Source: Octopus bimaculoides
Lineage: Eukaryota
Reading direction: 5' to 3'
NCBI RefSeq assembly: GCF_001194135.2
Contig: NC_068990.1
Coordinates: 19,863,330-19,927,329 of the forward strand
DNA: 64,000 nt
Positions 52,374-64,000 of the stretch are shown here, in pieces. Position 1 is the stretch's first letter, and each line of letters begins with the position of its first letter. A program made the translations under genes and the position numbers. Under the pieces are notes generated by a model, which saw only the letters and a list, made by a program, of their open reading frames with translations, had not been told where the DNA came from and ran no database searches.

Positions 52374-53989
52374 AGCAATCAACTAACTGAATGCTGTTTT
52401 TTATAACTGATGCATGATCAATCACATACATATTCGAAACATATCGAACTGCTATCCATGCTACTACAACTTTTACAGAAGGTAATACAATACCACTAAT
52501 AATAGTTTGAAAGAGCTAGCTATTTTAGAGAGAGAGGATAAGTCTATTACATTGTCCCCAGTGATTAGTTGGTACTTATTTTATCGTCCGAAAAGACAAA
52601 AGCACGAGTCGACTTTGGTGGCGGGATTAAATGTTGCTACTCAATTTTATAAGGTGCGGTCGATTCTGCTTTCTCCCTGACTTGATGACGTCGACGACGA
52701 AGTGAACAATGTTAAGGACATCGAAGATTGTGGTGATGACGAAACGACCACGAGGACGACAATACGATGATGAAAATGATAACATTGGCTTTGGCAGAGG
52801 AGCTGGTAGTGTTAGTAACGATCATCATTGTGGCAGTGGTGGTGGTGGTAGTAGTGCCGATAGTGACGATGATGAAGAGAAAACGCATATGAACCGATGC
52901 TGATTTGAATAATTTGATCATACCAATATTATTAAAGAGAGAGAGAGAGAGAATGATTATTCTAATATAATTTTTGTAAATGTACTCAGTATTTTTATTT
53001 ATGATTTAACCAGTTTTCTGGTTAAATATTCTGCTTTCGAATGAAAATTATAAATAAAAGAGAGCTTCCCTACTTTCATCCTTAATAAGAAGGTTTAAGA
53101 AAAGTCATCCATCATCTGAAGGCGTGCTAGATGCATCAATCACAACCTTACTAAACTAACAATAACTATTAACACTTCGTCGGACTCTCGTGAGTCACGA
53201 TTCCCCGAGTTAGTTTCATAAGAACGCAGTATCACTTGTGATCATTGATCACGTTTTGATACGGTATATTGTTGATGGATTTACATTAATTTAACTTGCA
53301 AAGGAAACATACAAATGTGTTAATATCACTTTGAATAATATCGAATATGTACGTTACTGCGTGTAGCTGTCAGAAATAATACAATACCCTAAGAATATTT
53401 TGTGGAATTTATGTAGGATAGTAATAGGGGAAGGTGCACGAATGTAACGAGGTGAATAGGAGACAGATAGATAGACAATGTTAGTGGTTACAACAGTTAG
53501 ACAAAAATTCGAATGTTAATGTATGAAATATAAACACACAAAATAATAAAATAATAAGAAAATAACAAAATAATAAAATAATAACAAAATAATAAAATGA
53601 TAATAAAATAATAATTTAAGTTGTTCACAGTGGATAATACCCAGAATAAAGGAGGAGAAGAAATATATTACCATTTTGAGTGAAACTTTTTGGTAAAGTA
53701 GAATAAGAAGCACAATAAAGGAAAGAAGAAACGAAACGATATCTATTTAAAGCGAGTGTGTTTATCTTTCTGCTACATACTTTAGAGTGTATATAGTCTA
53801 TAGTCCCCTTCGTGTTCTAAATTTAAGTTCCTGTATTTTTTGACAGATATTTGGGAATTTCAAAACTGGTTTTTCGTGACGTCGACACATTCATCTTACA
53901 AATCTACCGACGCAGATATTGATTATGTTTTTAACAATTTGGAGCACTTGTCTTTGTGGTGTTGGTAAAATAACGCTATTTAAACTTGA

Positions 53990-54160
53990 AGTTGACCATA
54001 TAAGCAAAGGCTTGGTAGTGTCTTTAAGAAATTCGCATTACAAGTTTATAGTTTCAGGTTCAATTCAAACAGCACAACATGAACAAATATCCCCTACTAT
54101 AGCACCGGCTTGATCAATGACTTGGGAATGCATCTTGCAGAAGAACACTGCGTGAAAGAC
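53990..54160 (+). mobile_element. Degenerate SINE (family D-like)
   Basis: It has a tRNA-like head and ctactatagcaccgg, similar to 13860-13880. Confidence 0.45.
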
Positions 54161-55187
54161 TTTCTTTACACACATACACATGCATGTACATGATGTTTGC
54201 ATTCCAGTGTCTGAAATAAAAGTATAAATGAAAAAATATTCAAAAAGTATATAAAGTCGCTTCATGTCCGTAACGTTGAGCTAATTATTATTATATTGTT
54301 ATCAATCCTTTTGAAATTCGCTTTTGAAGAAAATTATGATTTTCCCAGTCTATGTATCGTGGTTCAATTTCAAGTGTATTCCCAGTTATTTTTTAAATCG
54401 TACAGAAATATGAAAATTTAATTCGGCTTCGACACGACATTATTTGAAACAGAAATACAATCTACAGAATATTCTGAGTAATATCAGAAGGATAGATCTC
54501 AGAATCCGTCGAGTGCTGCATAAAATCTCTTGTTTGAAACGACAATTGAGTCACATGTTTCAAACAAACACGGCGCTGATTTTCTATTCTCTTCTCGAAT
54601 TCCATTTCCCCATTCATAAGTTGTTTCGAGACACTCATCTGACATGCAGTATACAAGGCCCACATATTCTAAATATTACTGGAAATCCTTTTGAAGTTAT
54701 TTTCTAATATCCTGAGAATACCAAAGTGATAGATTGAAGTATTTGTAAGATGTTTCTACATATAATCCCTTATCTTCATTTAGTTACAATGTTTCATATT
54801 TTATGTCAAAATCATCTGAGATCGGTTGTCTTACACTCTTTAGGATTCCATAAGATATAATATAATCAGTTCACGGGACGAGAGGTTATCGGTTATGTCA
54901 TTCCCTTGAAGTTTATGGCCTCCCCTTCCTGTTTTTCTCTATCAGAAATCAATATCTTGACAACTCTCACTGTTGCATACACTGCTTTCTAAATACCGAT
55001 TGTATTTGAGCGGTTATTGTTGCAGTGTTTGTTGAGAAATATAAATAGCAACATAACACTGTTACTATATATTACTAAAATTTACTCTATGAATCCAGTA
55101 AGAATTAACTGTGCAGTAGGATTCTCACTGGATATATGCTTCTAACTTTTAATGCCTGCTTTACAAAAAATGTCATGTGCTATGTTA

Positions 55188-55250
<63 letters not shown>

Positions 55251-55255
55251 CATTA

Positions 55256-55420
55256 TTAACGCGGTGAGCTGTCGGAATCGTTAGAACGCTGGGCGAAATG
55301 CTTAGTGGTATTTCGTCTTCTGCTACGCTCTGAGTTCAAATTCCGCCGAGGTCGACTTTGCCTTTCATCCTTTCGGGGTCGATAAACAAAGTTGCGTACT
55401 GGGATCGATTCTAATCGACT
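55256..55420 (+). mobile_element. SINE family A following (TTA)n at 55188-55256
   Basis: It reads gcggtgagctgtcggaatcgttag...gagttcaaattccgccgaggtcgactttgcctttcatcctttcggggtcgataa. Confidence 0.87.
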
Positions 55421-56720
55421 GATACCCTTAATATATTTTTCAAAGCCCTTGGAAACCGCTCCTGATGCTCCAATTACCACGAGTATCACCATTACTTTCC
55501 CCATTTCCCATAACTTTCCTATCTTCTTCCGCAGTTTCGTCCTGCAGTGGCTGGTATTTCAAATTTTTTTCCTGTTTCCTTACATTTCACCCTCGAATCG
55601 CCTGGTATTGAAACATCTATTATGTTTACGTCTTCACTTTTATGGATGAGCAAGATATCTGGTCGTTTCGACTCTCTATGACTTGGTTCCACTGCATGTT
55701 GAAATCCCAGGGTATTTTGTATTGCTCCCTGTGACTTGAGTTCATACTATTATTCGACTCCTTTGAAGTTTGGTTTAACGCACAACAGCCAGTGGATATA
55801 TCTGGCCACATTGTCGTGTCTTCTTTTGCATTCGCATTGTGCGAGCTAACAGCACTCACTAACAGTATGGCTTATACTTCCTCCCTTCTCAGAGCACAAC
55901 CTACACTATGGTGAGTCAGTGCCTTTATCAGTGTGATATTTGGAGTAGTTTGTTCTGAGAGCTTGTTCCTGAGTAATGCACACTAAAGCCTCAGTGGACC
56001 CTTTTAAGTCTCGTTTCTGCAGCCATTGACAGGTTCTATTCCAATCAATCTTACCTTTATTCTTCAAAACCTGACCGTGCATTTTCTTGTCCTGCCAAAT
56101 TTCCTTCTTCTGCTCTCTCTGACCTTTCTTAATTCGTGTTGAATCTACGGCTTCGTTCCCTGTTAAGGTTCCCTGCATTTTCACTGCTTCAATCGTTTCT
56201 TCTTTACTCAACTTGACATTCTCTCCAGGCTATTCTCATCTTCCCTTACACAGCCTTCAAAACACACCAATCTCTGTCCTCCTTCTTTCCCCTTTACATA
56301 CAATCTTGACACATCACACTTGACGTATAGTTCCATCTTCATTGTCATTAATTTCCGTGTTCTCCGCTCTATCACTTGTAATTCAATGTAATTGAATGCT
56401 CCTTCCAAGATACTATTCCTGCGCCATATCTTATCAAAGCAACAGCTCACGTGTTAATTGCCTTAATCTTACAACGGCCATTGAGCCTCGATTGGAGCGC
56501 AAGCCGAGTTCTCCTCAAATACTCTTCTCTGTACATTTCTTTCATCTTGAGTTCATTCATCTTACCACTTTCAATGATATCCACGTACTTGTATCCTTCT
56601 TCTCCGTTTTCCTTTATAATTTCGCCACTTTCCAGCTTTCCAACGTCAATAGGATTTTGGAGGGATATTTCGTTAGAGTTTCTCATACGAACATATACAG
56701 GCTTGTTTTATTGGTTCAAG
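55420..56720 (-). mobile_element. R4/Dong-like RLE non-LTR retrotransposon fragment (RT C-terminus, zinc knuckle, RLE)
   Basis: The translation includes GYKYVDIIE...EYLRRTRLALQSRLNGRCKIKAINT, RRTRKLMTM...DVSRLYVKGKEGGQRL, KKMHGQ...WLQKRDLKGSTEALVCITQEQALRTNY and VVIGASGAVSKGFEK. It is frameshifted. Confidence 0.9.
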
Positions 56721-57453
56721 ACACATTAAGTAAGGAACCTTTTTGTTGTTATGCTTGCTGTTGAAATTATAAACGTTTAATCTCAAAGCAGCCGAGGCTG
56801 AGGAGGGATTTCAATGGTTTATTCAACCTGTAACATCTACTTGTTCTACATTCATAGGATCGTATTATCGAATGTATTTATTACGAAGCTGTAATGTAGA
56901 ACTAGAGAATAAGTTGATTTAGCATCCAACATTTCGCGTTATAACTTGCAGGCTCCCTTGTTCAATTGTTATGAATAAATATGTAAGCCTTGATAGAGAC
57001 GGGAATTCTAACGTTCAGCCTGGAGGATTGCAAATCCGGTTTCCTGTCTCCATGTTTGAAAATACTATGGAAAGACTTTTGTCACCATTTCCCGTACTAA
57101 TTTACTTCTCGTGTTGTTTTTTAATTCTTGAGTTATGTTTCAGATTTGTGGAGAAAACGTTGAAAATATAGCCTAAAGACGGCTTAGAAATAGAAACCAA
57201 ATGACAATGAAATCCCTTCTTATCGTTATGATAAATTTTATAGGAGACTGAATAATGTTGGCTTGCGGCATACCATTTCGAATACAAAAAAAAAGATAGG
57301 ACAAAAATAATTCGAATCGAAACTTTGGTTGTAGTTCCTAACAAGCTGCTTCAATGTTCAAGACTGACCTGGTGTTAATAAGCAAACTTTAAACGTGTCA
57401 CAGCTTGGGGCACGTTCCAAACACCCGGAGTTGTACTGTAGCACTGACAACTT

Positions 57454-57549
57454 TTCTTCTTCTTCTTCTTCTTCTTCTTCTTCTTCTTCTTCTTCTTCTT
57501 CTTCTTCTTCTTCTTCTTCTTCTTCTTCTTCTTCTTCTTCTTCTTCTTC
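57454..57549. repeat. (TTC)n microsatellite
   Basis: The repeat is directly visible. Confidence 0.97.
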
Positions 57550-59916
57550 CTCCCTCTCCACCCACCTCTAGAATTGCTTTCTTATTCACAAGCTTCACTT
57601 ATGAGGTGTCGCTCTGAGGCTTTCACTCGTTCTTTTCCCCTACATCTCCGCATTAAAGCCCTTTTCGGGGCTACTTCGTTTGAAGTCACACTATCGGGTA
57701 ACTAATTTCATTTTATTACATAACTGAGTTCAGAATTTGGGTATTCATAACTTATTGGAAATTCCAAAAGACAAGATCCCGTGTAAGACAGTTCGGTATT
57801 CTCTGTAAATGGACAAAACCGTTTTAAGGGCTACATACTTTGTATTGTTGTTATTGGATTAGCAAAACAATTATGAGAACGGAATCAAGTGATAAGCCCC
57901 GCTTTCCCAGGAATTACCGGGTACGTCAACTATTATATACATACACGCACATACACACATTCATACATATATGTGTATGTGTGTGTGTATGTGTGTGTAT
58001 GTGTGTGTATGTGTGTGTATGTGTATGTGTGTATACTTTCTTAGCCCCTTTTTCTTTTGAGCTGTTTTTCATTATAACGATATAAAAGTGTTTTGTAGTC
58101 AGCTCAATCTACAGCCAATCTCCAAAGTCTGCAAATATAGCGGCAACGTAAAGTTAATTGCTATTGATGAGATATACGAAATACCAGCACTAGCATGGAA
58201 CCGAATAACACTTACACAGTTACATATGCGTCCCTGCGCGTGTCTCTGCCAATGTGTGAACGTACGTGTGTATCTCGAAAACTTTCAGACAGTATATATA
58301 TATATANNNNNNNNNNNNNNNNNNNNNNNNNNNNNNNNNNNNNNNNNNNNNNNNNNNNNNNNNNNNNNNNNNNNNNNNNNNNNNNNNNNNNNNNNNNNNN
58401 NNNNNNNNNNNNNNNNNNNNNNNNNNNNNNNNNNNNNNNNNNNNNNNNNNNNNNNNNNNNNNNNNNNNNNNNNNNNNNNNNNNNNNNNNNNNNNNNNNNN
58501 NNNNNNNNNNNNNNNNNNNNNNNNNNNNNNNNNNNNNNNNNNNNNNNNNNNNNNNNNNNNNNNNNNNNNNNNNNNNNNNNNNNNNNNNNNNNNNNNNNNN
58601 NNNNNNNNNNNNNNNNNNNNNNNNNNNNNNNNNNNNNNNNNNNNNNNNNNNNNNNNNNNNNNNNNNNNNNNNNNNNNNNNNNNNNNNNNNNNNNNNNNNN
58701 NNNNNNNNNNNNNNNNNNNNNNNNNNNNNNNNNNNNNNNNNNNNNNNNNNNNNNNNNNNNNNNNNNNNNNNNNNNNNNNNNNNNNNNNNNNNNNNNNNNN
58801 NNNNNNNNNNNNNNNNNNNNNNNNNNNNNNNNNNNNNNNNNNNNNNNNNNNNNNNNNNNNNNNNNNNNNNNNNNNNNNNNNNNNNNNNNNNNNNNNNNNN
58901 NNNNNNNNNNNNNNNNNNNNNNNNNNNNNNNNNNNNNNNNNNNNNNNNNNNNNNNNNNNNNNNNNNNNNNNNNNNNNNNNNNNNNNNNNNNNNNNNNNNN
59001 NNNNNNNNNNNNNNNNNTGTGTGTGTGTGTGTTTGTGTATATATATATATATATATATATACATATATATGTATATATAAATATGTATTCATGTATACAT
59101 GTATACATATATGTATATGTGTATATATGTATATTCATACATATAAAATTATACTATTGTTATTATCATTATTATTATTACTACTATCGTTATTATTATT
59201 TCATAGCATAGATTATCCAAAATCATTATATTCTCATTAACTGTTAGAATATACACTGACGCAGAGTTGTTATTTAGTTTTATATAGAGAGAAACTATAC
59301 AGAAGTTTCGATTCATAGCTACATCTAAAACTTTGGTTGAGAAATAATCCTCGATACCAACTTATCTATTAACGTGCGTACCAAAGATTCTTTTGTTCAA
59401 ATAAAAGAAATATTAAAGTGATTTCTAACTAAGTACTTCGTATAATTTTGGGTACGCATCGAAGTCTGACAACTCAGTATTTCACTATTTATTTCTCTAT
59501 GTTTTTTTCTTGAATTCTTTTATTATTCACTCTTTTTTTCTTTTTTAATAAACCTCTTACAATTGCAATCCGTATACAATACTGCTTCGCTAAAATAGAA
59601 AGAAAAGCAAAACAAACAAACATCTATCAGATACGGTAGTTGATGTCTGTCTTCAGTTCTCGTCTACACTTACACGTTTCTGGTTAACTTAAGAAATGGT
59701 TGTTTCAATGAACCTTTATACGTGTAGATTAACGTCATTCCGATATTTTGCACTTGTTCTTGATGCACCATTGTATGAATTTGCTTGGGTTCGTGTACCA
59801 CTATTTAAGTATACACATATTCGAGAGGAAATGTATCTATGTTGGATTACGTACATGCGTATTTATATGTACACACACACACACACACACACATGTATAT
59901 TGAGGAACAGAAGCAA

Positions 59917-60085
59917 TCAGAACTTTGGATAATTCTTTATTAGCGCATTCGTTCGTTTATGGAACTAGTCAAGACAAAGTCAAGTTAGAATCAAAACAAA
60001 TTGTGAGGCATTTTGATTGTGATTTTGTCTTGACGAGTTCGATAAACGAACGAAAGCGCTAATAAAGAATTATCCAAAGTTCTGA
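59917..60085. repeat. Long near-perfect inverted repeat (fold-back, probably a MITE)
   Basis: The arms 59917-59996 and 60011-60085 are reverse complements apart from 4 substitutions and one small indel region, with a 14-nt loop. Confidence 0.93.
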
Positions 60086-60689
60086 CTGTCTCCTTTTTCT
60101 TAATATACAATATCTGTACACCACTTCAAACACACGCACACACTCTCCCTTTGTATGTATGAAAAAAAAAAAACTATGCGGACTAAATAATATTGGAACA
60201 TTCCGCTTTTTATGGGGTACCCGTCGTATTATGGGACAGAAACATAGAAATGTATTGTCAAACATTTGGTGAAAAGACAAATTTGTTCGTCATTATATGA
60301 AGAAGATCAGAAAATCAAAAGTGAAAAATTGTAAAGAACTGGAGTAAAAAGTAAAAAGAAACGATGTTAATGACTACTGAAGTATTATAATATAACATCT
60401 CAATTTAGAAGTAGTTTTAGAAAATTATAATCACAGTCTCAATTGTAAAAGAATGCAAAGAAATCTTACTTCTCAGGAAAAAGTAAAATATATCAACAGG
60501 ACAAAGAATAATAAAAAATTGCATGTGAGATCTGAGGAAATAAGCAAGTGACAAAGAAGTAATGTGATTTTAGAAATAATACATTTCTAAATCTGTCAGA
60601 GAGATTTATGCTCTAGTGATACGAAGAAGTAGTTGTATGCTGTCTACTTAATATGACAGTCCCCTGAAGGGTTTAATACTACTGTTGGT

Positions 60690-60971
60690 TAGACCTAGGA
60701 ACCTGCACTTCTTCCTGTCGGCCATGACACATTTCCTGTGTCCTTATGTTTACAAGGAGGAGAAAAGCAACTCCAACCAGCTAAGCCTGCATCCAGAGAC
60801 ATGTTTCTGAATCTTTGAAGAATTTGGTGAAAAAACAAACATGTCTCTGAGCAAAGTGCATCAGTGGGCCCTTTCAAGTGTCATTTCTGCAGGTTCTATT
60901 TCAATCAATCTCTTCTTACCCTAATGTCATTTTGGCAGACACTGCTCTCTCACTCAATAATAATAATAATG

Positions 60972-61026
<55 letters not shown>
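60690..61026 (+). mobile_element. Decayed RTE-like 3' end with zinc-finger remnants and (AAT)n tail
   Basis: CPYVYKEEKSNSNQLSLH and GPFKCHFCRFYF precede (AAT)n at 60957-61026. The pattern resembles 63769-64000. Confidence 0.4.
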
Positions 61027-61115
61027 NNNNNNNNNNCAACTTGTACAAATGCAAAACAAAAGTCAAACATAAAATAACAATAATAATAATTAAGAATTTC
61101 AAATTTCAGCTCAGA

Positions 61116-61303
61116 GTCAGCAATTTCGATTGAGTGAGTAAGTCGATTACATTGACCTTAATGCTTCACTGTCACTTATTTTATCGGACTGAGAGTATGA
61201 AGAGCAAAGTAGCCCTTAGTAGAATGTGAACTCAGAAAGTAAAGACGGACCAAATGCCACCAAGCATCTTGTCCGGCGTGCTAACGGTTCTGCCAGCTCG
61301 TCG
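61116..61303 (-). mobile_element. SINE family A
   Basis: It contains gtaagtcgattacattgacc and tgtccggcgtgctaacggttctgccagctcgtcg. Confidence 0.8.
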
Positions 61304-61768
61304 TTGTACTTGTACTTGTAACAATTACATATCTATGACAATACAAGTAGATACTGAAACGTATCCAACTATAACAATAATTGTTTCTAGCAATTATGAA
61401 TATTCTTACTATGTTAGGCAAGCAATAAATGACTGCAAAACATCAGTAAGGTTGCTCTTTAATTCCAGTTGTGCTCCAACTAGGCAGTGCTACGCGAAAA
61501 CATATTCTCGCCTTGAAGGTATCTTTAGTTGTATTAAAAATTTCTTGTAAGTATACTTCGAAAAACAAATTGTATGGAATGGTTCATTGCGTAGATGCTA
61601 TCTCACACAATCTCCAAACTTCACCGTATTGCAGTTTATTAAAACTAATGCTATATGATAAACGCATATAACGTATGTCATGCATACATATATTCATGAA
61701 TGTATATATGTGTGTACGTGTGTATTACCTGTATCAGTATATATATAACAATATATGTATATACATAT

Positions 61769-61990
61769 ACGAAAGGGTATTGAAAAGTTCTTGGCCTTAA
61801 GCATATCGGGAAAGGGCTGGATGGAGGTCTAACCTTCCCGGGTCATTTACAGAACTTAGAAAATGAGACGGACTGCTGCAATAAGTGTGTGAATCTGAGT
61901 AGTAGATAAGCAGCGAGCAAATGAAATCATAATTAACTCATCCGCCTGTATTTTCTTTTATCCAAAGAAGGAACTGTTGAGCACCCTATA
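61769..61990. mobile_element. Degenerate mariner-derived MITE
   Basis: Its imperfect inverted ends are tacgaaagggtattgaaaagttct and ggaactgttgagcacccta. Confidence 0.45.
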
Positions 61991-62030
61991 TTGCATACGT
62001 ACATACATACATACATACATACATACATAC

Positions 62031-62349
62031 CAAGTTTGCATACATGAGGCTGATAACATCATAAGACTTGGAAGATCGCTCCATGAGCAACACTCTTTGT
62101 CTAATAATCTAGAATTCTTGCCCAAAGAAGTCGTACGACTCTACCGCAACGTATCATCAGATGAAAACTTGAGCCTATATGAGCAGAAGACTATGTATGG
62201 ATATGTTAGTCGAAAGTTCCGTTATGATAGTAATATCGATCATCAAAACAGTTTATCGTGGACCAATAACCGGATTACTTACTCCCACTTTGAAAGGTAT
62301 GTGTTTGCCATCCAGGAAACAAGAAATATCAATCAAGTACCTGATGCAC

Positions 62350-62445
<96 letters not shown>

Positions 62446-63375
62446 CGCAGAGAAAGCTTTAAAATGTGACAACCGGTGCAGAATTTATGGAGTTCACAAT
62501 GAAGATATCACCCACATCATAAGCCGTTGTCCAAAAATTTCATCGCTGCATTATATACGGATGAGAAATAACGTTGTTGCTAAGACACTCCATAAGGAAA
62601 TCCGTCTGAAGGATAATCCGAAGGACAGAAAAAAAAAATATAGAACTCACAATATGGTAGACGCCATAGCCTATCGTAATAAGAAAGAATACTGGTGGAA
62701 TGTACCAGTGAAGACCTCGATAGAATCTAAGCACAACCTGATACAATGACTTGGGATAGAGAAGAGAAACTGTGCATAGTTGTGGAAATTAGCTACCCAG
62801 CAGATGTTAACATAAAGAGAACATCTATGCTGAACTATTAAGAAATCTGCAGCTACTCTATCCAGATTACAAGTTCAGGTTTAAACTTGTAATTATTGGT
62901 GCCCTGAGATATATAACACACTGCCTAAATACCAATCTTGAGAAATTAGGCTTCTCAAAACTAGGAAGGAGAAAGCTATTCCAATCCTTCCCTGGAGCAG
63001 TGAAAATCTGTAAAACTTTCTAGAAGTTTATCATCTAAATATATATGAGCATATCTAGATATGTAACTATATGCATGAAAATACATACATAAAACATACA
63101 AATTTGCACATACATACATACATACATACATACATACATACATACATACATACATACATACATACATGCATACATACATACATAGATACATACATACATA
63201 CATACATACATGCATACATACATGCATACATACATACATACATACATACATGCATACATAAAATATATATAACATGTTGTTGATGTTGAAATTCCAATGA
63301 AGGAACCTTCGATCTAGGTTAGAAACCGGTTCTTTCTCTATTGACAAGAAATCTTGAAATAAACTGAATAATGAC
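62031..63375 (+). mobile_element. R4/Dong-like RLE non-LTR retrotransposon, 5'-truncated, embedded in (TACA)n
   Basis: The translation includes QKTMYGY...SLSW...FEGYVFAIQ.QEI..KYL, CDNRCRI..EDITHIISRCP, EYWWNVPVKT, VEISYPADVN and IIGAL, ending KICKTF.KFII* at 63036-63038. (TACA)n lies at 62000-62030, 63105-63258 and 63376-63436. Confidence 0.85.
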
Positions 63376-63757
63376 ATACATACATACATACATACATACA
63401 TACATACATACATACATACATACATACATACATACACAATGCAGGATAAATCAATTATGACATATTTCTAACCAGACAAGGTTGCATGCACATTGCCATT
63501 TGTTTTGATCTAAACTCCTTACCACACCCAACATCACATGTATTAATGTATACTAACATTAATACACGAGCCAAACTACTTATTAGGCAGAGAAGTTACA
63601 TATCATTCAATAATTAAAAAAAAGGAAAAATTAAAAATCTTGCTCGATTTACAAAGCATTATCATCACATCCGAATTATCAAACATGCTTCTCTCCCGGT
63701 AGGAGAGCCAATCAATTCATACGCCCTACACATATGCATGCATACATGCACACATAG

Positions 63758-64000
63758 ACAAGTATATATGTCTGTCCTTGGCTGGCCTCAAATCTCACCT
63801 GCGAACCCATGGAAAACAAACCTCACCCAGCTATTCTGATTATATGTCTGTGCACACGTTTGAATGTGGTGTGTGCCAGAGGGTTTGCAAATCCAATGGG
63901 GGTCTTAAAAGACATGTTAGGATCCACAATGAGCAGAACTTACTTGCAGGTATTGGTAGTGCAAATCAGAGGTGCAATCTGTGTGGGTGTTTTTTCAAAA
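63758..64000 (+). mobile_element. Tandem C2H2 zinc-finger reading frame, probably the C-terminus of an RTE-type LINE ORF (runs off the window)
   Basis: The frame from 63769 reads CLSLAGLKSHLRTHGKQTSPSYSDYMSVHTFECGVCQRVCKSNGGLKRHVRIHNEQNLLAGIGSANQRCNLCGCFFK with no stop. The C.S..GL..H.R.H fingers lack TGEKP linkers. Confidence 0.65.

Noticed and set aside
53520-53615. Short-period AAT-rich tandem repeat, or any CRISPR-like array
   Set aside because: It is a degenerate simple repeat with no unique spacers, and the context is eukaryotic.

Overview
This is AT-rich, repeat-dense animal genomic DNA from a gapped short-read assembly. The large N-gaps are 7808-8581, 9576-10166, 13668-13788, 18427-19247, 19801-20092, 39834-40341 and 58307-59017, nearly all flanked by microsatellites. 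The SINE families resemble those I recall from octopus genomes, so a cephalopod source is an inference, not a database match. I found no intact host protein-coding gene that I can name. All recognisable coding sequence is decayed transposon: a mariner DD34D element with both TIRs, a maT/DD37D fragment, Penelope GIY-YIG remnants, three R4/Dong-like RLE LINE fragments, RTE-like fragments, an L1/Tx1-like ORF1 and a possible hAT relic. Many tRNA-derived SINEs, MITEs and microsatellites fill the rest. Most ORF-track entries are translations of simple repeats or gaps. The most interesting signals are: (1) a tRNA-headed short element carrying a Penelope-type minimal hammerhead ribozyme motif and an inverted copy of its own 3' end; (2) an unexplained pair of back-to-back near-perfect hairpins at 52286-52373; (3) a 169-nt near-perfect fold-back at 59917-60085; (4) an R4-like LINE sitting in (TACA)n; (5) a three-level nested TE; (6) unresolved micro-exon candidates. 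There are no CRISPR arrays, rRNA genes or intact tRNA genes.
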